From the NCBI GenBank assembly GCA_002449135.1, contig DKCH01000057.1, positions 13,954 to 72,828 on the forward strand: a stretch of DNA of 58,875 bases, read 5' to 3'. Made by a program: the position numbers and the translations under genes. Shown piece after piece: positions 56,353-58,875 of this stretch. Below the pieces are notes generated by a model. The model made no database searches, had not been told where the DNA came from, and saw nothing but the letters and a program-made list of their open reading frames with translations. Positions within the stretch are counted from its first letter, which is position 1; each line of letters starts with the position of its first letter. The DNA is from Bacillales bacterium UBA6879. Its GTDB lineage: Bacteria; Bacillota_I; Bacilli_A; RFN20; CAG-288.

Positions 56353-57018
56353 CTATGCATTAGTAGCATTAACAGATAATGTGATATTAGTATTAGCTGC
56401 ACTATCTTTTAAACTATTTAAACTAGTTTCCATATCTTTATTAGAAACACTAGCACCACCTTTTCCTTCTTCGTAATATTCAGAAGGATTAATTCCACCA
56501 AAAGCTGTTCCCCAACTAAAAGCAACCTCTTTAGTAATAGTTGTAACAGCATTACTACCTTCACCGGTAACAGACCAAGTAGCTTCTTTAGCTACAGAAA
56601 CATTTTTAAAATCTAAAAACTTTAAAGTAAATAAATCATCTTTTCCATTAGCATCTTTTTTACTAGCTTTAGCAGAAATATCAATTCTATTAAATAAAGA
56701 AGTGTCACCTGTAACAGAAATATTTAATGTTAAGTTTAAATTTTCACTACTAGACTTATCTTGATATTGTAAGCGTCCTTCTTTATCAGTTGCTTTTGGC
56801 TCTAAAGAAAGTTTGTTATTATTAGCAATACTAACAGTTACATCTAAGGCTTTGTTAGAAACGCCTTCGGCAGAAACTGCAGGATTAACTGTACCAGGGT
56901 TATTACCACCACCAGTAATAACAAAAGCAGCATAAGTGGTAGTTATTACAGCACATAGGCCTAAAACTAAACCACTTGTTAAAAAAAACTTTTTATGATT
57001 TCTTTTTGTAAACGACAT
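56353..57018 (-). CDS. TasA/camelysin-like secreted protein with a SipW-cognate signal (fibre subunit candidate)
   Basis: 221 aa. N-terminus MSFTKRNHKKFFLTSGLVLGLCAVITTTYAAFVITGGG parallels B. subtilis TasA ...LALVGGGTWAAFND. The mature part is G/S/T/N/K-rich and beta-like. Strong RBS AGGAGG. Confidence 0.6.
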   Translation of the reverse strand: MSFTKRNHKKFFLTSGLVLGLCAVITTTYAAFVITGGGNNPGTVNPAVSAEGVSNKALDVTVSIANNNKLSLEPKATDKEGRLQYQDKSSSENLNLTLNISVTGDTSLFNRIDISAKASKKDANGKDDLFTLKFLDFKNVSVAKEATWSVTGEGSNAVTTITKEVAFSWGTAFGGINPSEYYEEGKGGASVSNKDMETSLNSLKDSAANTNITLSVNATNA

Positions 57019-57057
57019 TTTGTCCTCCTATATCATTATTTACATTTATAATGTATC

Positions 57058-57074
57058 AAAAAAAAAAAAAAAAA
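57058..57074. repeat. homopolymeric A17 (T17 on the minus strand) tract in a divergent promoter region
   Basis: Counted directly: A at 57058-57074. It lies 40 nt upstream of the ATG (57018) of the first operon gene and 84 nt upstream of the kdgT-like ATG. Confidence 0.95.
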
Positions 57075-57120
57075 CACTTTATTTCAAGTAAATAAAATTA
57101 TAAAACAATAAAATAGTCCA

Positions 57121-57150
57121 TTTAAAAGGACAAATACAATGATGTATAAT
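57121..57150 (+). promoter_or_regulatory. candidate promoter giving a leaderless or near-leaderless kdgT-like mRNA
   Basis: TTTAAA-18 nt-TATAAT (57145-57150). The ATG is at 57159 and there is no Shine-Dalgarno between them. Confidence 0.4.
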
Positions 57151-57158
57151 AAAAAAGT

Positions 57159-58226
57159 ATGAAAAGCGGTTACAATATTTCTATTTGGGATTTTTTACAC
57201 AAATTACCTGCCGGAACAATGTTTGTCCCTTTAATAATATCTTCTATAATAACTACAATATGTTTACATTGTGGTTTGAATCAAAGTCTATGGGATTACT
57301 TAGGAAGTCCTACTAAAGACCTCTTTGGCTCTAATGGAATAATGTTTTCTACTGGTCTAATGCTTTTTGTTACTGGTACCATGCTAAAAATAAATGATTT
57401 TGTAAAAATGGCACAAAGAGGACTATGGGTAACCTTAATAAGACTTATACCTGCATATATTTTTTGTTTCCTTATTTATTATTTTTGTGGCTTAAATGGA
57501 TTTTTAGGATTAAACTTTGTTCTTTTAGTTTCGCTATTAGTATGTATCAACGCTTCAATGTATGTAGCAGTAGTAGAGCCTTATGCAGATACTATTGATA
57601 AAGCATTACTACCTTTACTTTGCTTAACCTCAGTTCCTCTTTTACCTTTTATTTTTATTTCTTCTTTTGGAGAAGGAGAAAGCAATTTACTTAGTAAAAT
57701 TTTACAAATCATTTCATTATTATTACCTTTCTTATTAGGTTTCATATTAGGTAATTTAGATTCTAAAATTAGAACCATATTTAAAGATGGAAACACAATA
57801 CTACTTCCATTTATTGGTTTTCAATTTGGAAGTAACATTGATTTAGTACAAGCTTTTAACATAAATGTTTTATTAAGTGGACTTTTAGCTCTGTTAATTT
57901 TTTATTTTTTTAACTTATTACCATTTTTATTTGAACGTTTTATTTTAAAAAGAACACCATATATATCAACTGCCTCTTCTTCACTAGCGGGCTTAGGCCT
58001 AGCAGTACCAAATATGTTTATTACTTATACTTTTAATGGTGAAAGTTTTTCTAACTTACTAACACAAAGCCTAGCAATTTTAGCCTTTGTTTTACTAATG
58101 AGTAATATGCTAGCACCTTTATTTACTAGCTTAACAATAAAATTAGGAGCAAAATACGACAACAAAATCTTTTTAAAAACCTTTAAAGACAACAAAGAAA
58201 TTTTAGAAAAATATAATAAAAAATAA
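57159..58226 (+). CDS. kdgT: 2-keto-3-deoxygluconate permease family transporter
   Basis: KLPAGTMFVPLIISSIITT and LLPFLLGFILGNLDSKIRTIFKDGNTILLPFIGFQFGSNIDL align closely with Dickeya/E. coli KdgT ([37 protein letters not shown]...LIPFFAFALGNTIDL). Confidence 0.8.
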   Translation: MKSGYNISIWDFLHKLPAGTMFVPLIISSIITTICLHCGLNQSLWDYLGSPTKDLFGSNGIMFSTGLMLFVTGTMLKINDFVKMAQRGLWVTLIRLIPAYIFCFLIYYFCGLNGFLGLNFVLLVSLLVCINASMYVAVVEPYADTIDKALLPLLCLTSVPLLPFIFISSFGEGESNLLSKILQIISLLLPFLLGFILGNLDSKIRTIFKDGNTILLPFIGFQFGSNIDLVQAFNINVLLSGLLALLIFYFFNLLPFLFERFILKRTPYISTASSSLAGLGLAVPNMFITYTFNGESFSNLLTQSLAILAFVLLMSNMLAPLFTSLTIKLGAKYDNKIFLKTFKDNKEILEKYNKK

Positions 58227-58270
58227 CTATTAATATAAAAATAGTTAGTAACAAATACTAACCATTAAGT

Positions 58271-58813
58271 TTATTCAATTCCTTTTGTTCCAAAATCAAC
58301 TTGATGAACAACATTTTCACCTAATAAAGTCTTTACAATAAGTTCAGCTAATTCATAAGTAAAATACATGCTTCTTCCAGTAAAAAGATGCCCATCCTGA
58401 ATAGCACCACCCTTAAACTTAATTCCTTTACCATATTCAAAACCAGGAAAACATGTAAAATTCTTATGATCTAATAATCCCATTTTACCTAAAATAGAAG
58501 GTGCAGCACAAATAGCAGCAATATATTTATTTTCTTTAACAAAATAATTAATAACTTCCTTAACTTTATCTGATTTATCTAAATTATCTACACCAACTTT
58601 ACCACCAGGTAAATAAACTAAATCATATTTAGAATAATCAAATCCATCTAACAAATAATTAGCTTCAACCTTAACATGAGAAGAAGAAGTAACTATTAAG
58701 CTATGTGAAATAGAAACTAAACTAGTTTCTACTCCTGCTCTACGCATATAATCTTGAAAAACTAAAGCCTCACATTGTTCAAAACCATCAGCTAATAAAA
58801 TTAATACTTTCAT
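58271..58813 (-). CDS. DJ-1/PfpI (ThiJ) family protein
   Basis: 180 aa. MKVLILLADGFEQCEAL and the nucleophile-elbow cysteine in IAAICAAPSILG. Confidence 0.88.
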   Translation of the reverse strand: MKVLILLADGFEQCEALVFQDYMRRAGVETSLVSISHSLIVTSSSHVKVEANYLLDGFDYSKYDLVYLPGGKVGVDNLDKSDKVKEVINYFVKENKYIAAICAAPSILGKMGLLDHKNFTCFPGFEYGKGIKFKGGAIQDGHLFTGRSMYFTYELAELIVKTLLGENVVHQVDFGTKGIE

Positions 58814-58875
58814 AATAAAAACTCCTTCAAAGATATTGTAGCGACTTTTTAAAATAAATTAGGATATTTATCAAT

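Noticed and set aside
57019-57110. The T17 tract as a classical -35/-10 spacer switch (as in M. hyorhinis vlp promoters).
   Set aside because: The only good -35-like hexamer (TTGAAA) is 31 nt from the TATAAA -10, far from the 16-18 nt optimum at any plausible tract length. I kept the tract as a finding only as a possible UP-element or slippage site.
58227-58270. Terminator between the convergent kdgT-like and DJ-1 genes (GTTAGTA-ACAAA-TACTAAC).
   Set aside because: The stem is 7 bp and AT-rich, with no clean U-tract on the plus strand and only an interrupted one on the minus strand. It is too weak to call as a feature.
1-58875. Possibility of Mycoplasma/Spiroplasma genetic code 4 (TGA = Trp).
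   Set aside because: Conserved proteins up to 1473 aa are complete under the standard code, their ends match family lengths, and Trp positions are supplied by TGG. There is no sign of in-frame TGA splitting genes.
1-58875. CRISPR arrays, IS elements or transposases, integrases, prophage genes, toxin-antitoxin pairs, restriction-modification or other known defence modules.
   Set aside because: I saw no regularly spaced direct repeats and no ORF with transposase, integrase, nuclease, helicase or methylase (other than RsmI and PrmC) motifs. All ORFs of 150 aa or more are accounted for by the features listed.

Overview
This is a very AT-rich chromosomal segment (G+C not computed). It comes from a low-GC Bacillota or Mycoplasmatota-like bacterium. 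The genome has a Gram-positive-type PolC, and ORFs up to 1473 aa stay open under the standard code, so TGA is a stop and this is not a code-4 Mycoplasma or Spiroplasma. I support about 46 protein genes, 3 tRNAs, and several terminators and promoters.

Most of the window is housekeeping in classic Firmicutes synteny on the minus strand:
- dnaX-ebfC-recR-tmk-holB-yaaT-rsmI
- prfA-prmC
- pyrH-frr-uppS-cdsA-dxr-rseP-polC, followed by a small membrane protein and pepF
- rpsB-tsf

On the plus strand are ispE-prs-esterase and glyA.

Four regions are not housekeeping:
1. 47427-57018 is the best candidate for an undescribed system. It is an eight-gene, translationally coupled operon built around a SipW-type (ER/archaeal-type) signal peptidase. 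Three to four proteins carry a TasA-like cognate signal ([TS][YF][AS][AS]FV). The operon also has a small polytopic membrane protein, an embedded ABC exporter and two giant secreted proteins. A 17-nt homopolymer sits in its promoter region.
2. 15912-22994 holds two tandem paralogous ~1170-aa lipoproteins. Each is built from about nine copies of a ~110-135-aa module. A GT-C YfhO-like enzyme and a sugar transporter lie next to them.
3. 41111-43641 encodes an internally duplicated membrane protein (DUF1538-like) followed by two PII-like proteins.
4. 23143-24456 encodes an orphan membrane protein with a long acidic linker.

I saw no CRISPR array, IS element, prophage or recognisable defence genes. 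All family assignments come from motifs read by eye and need HMM or structure confirmation.
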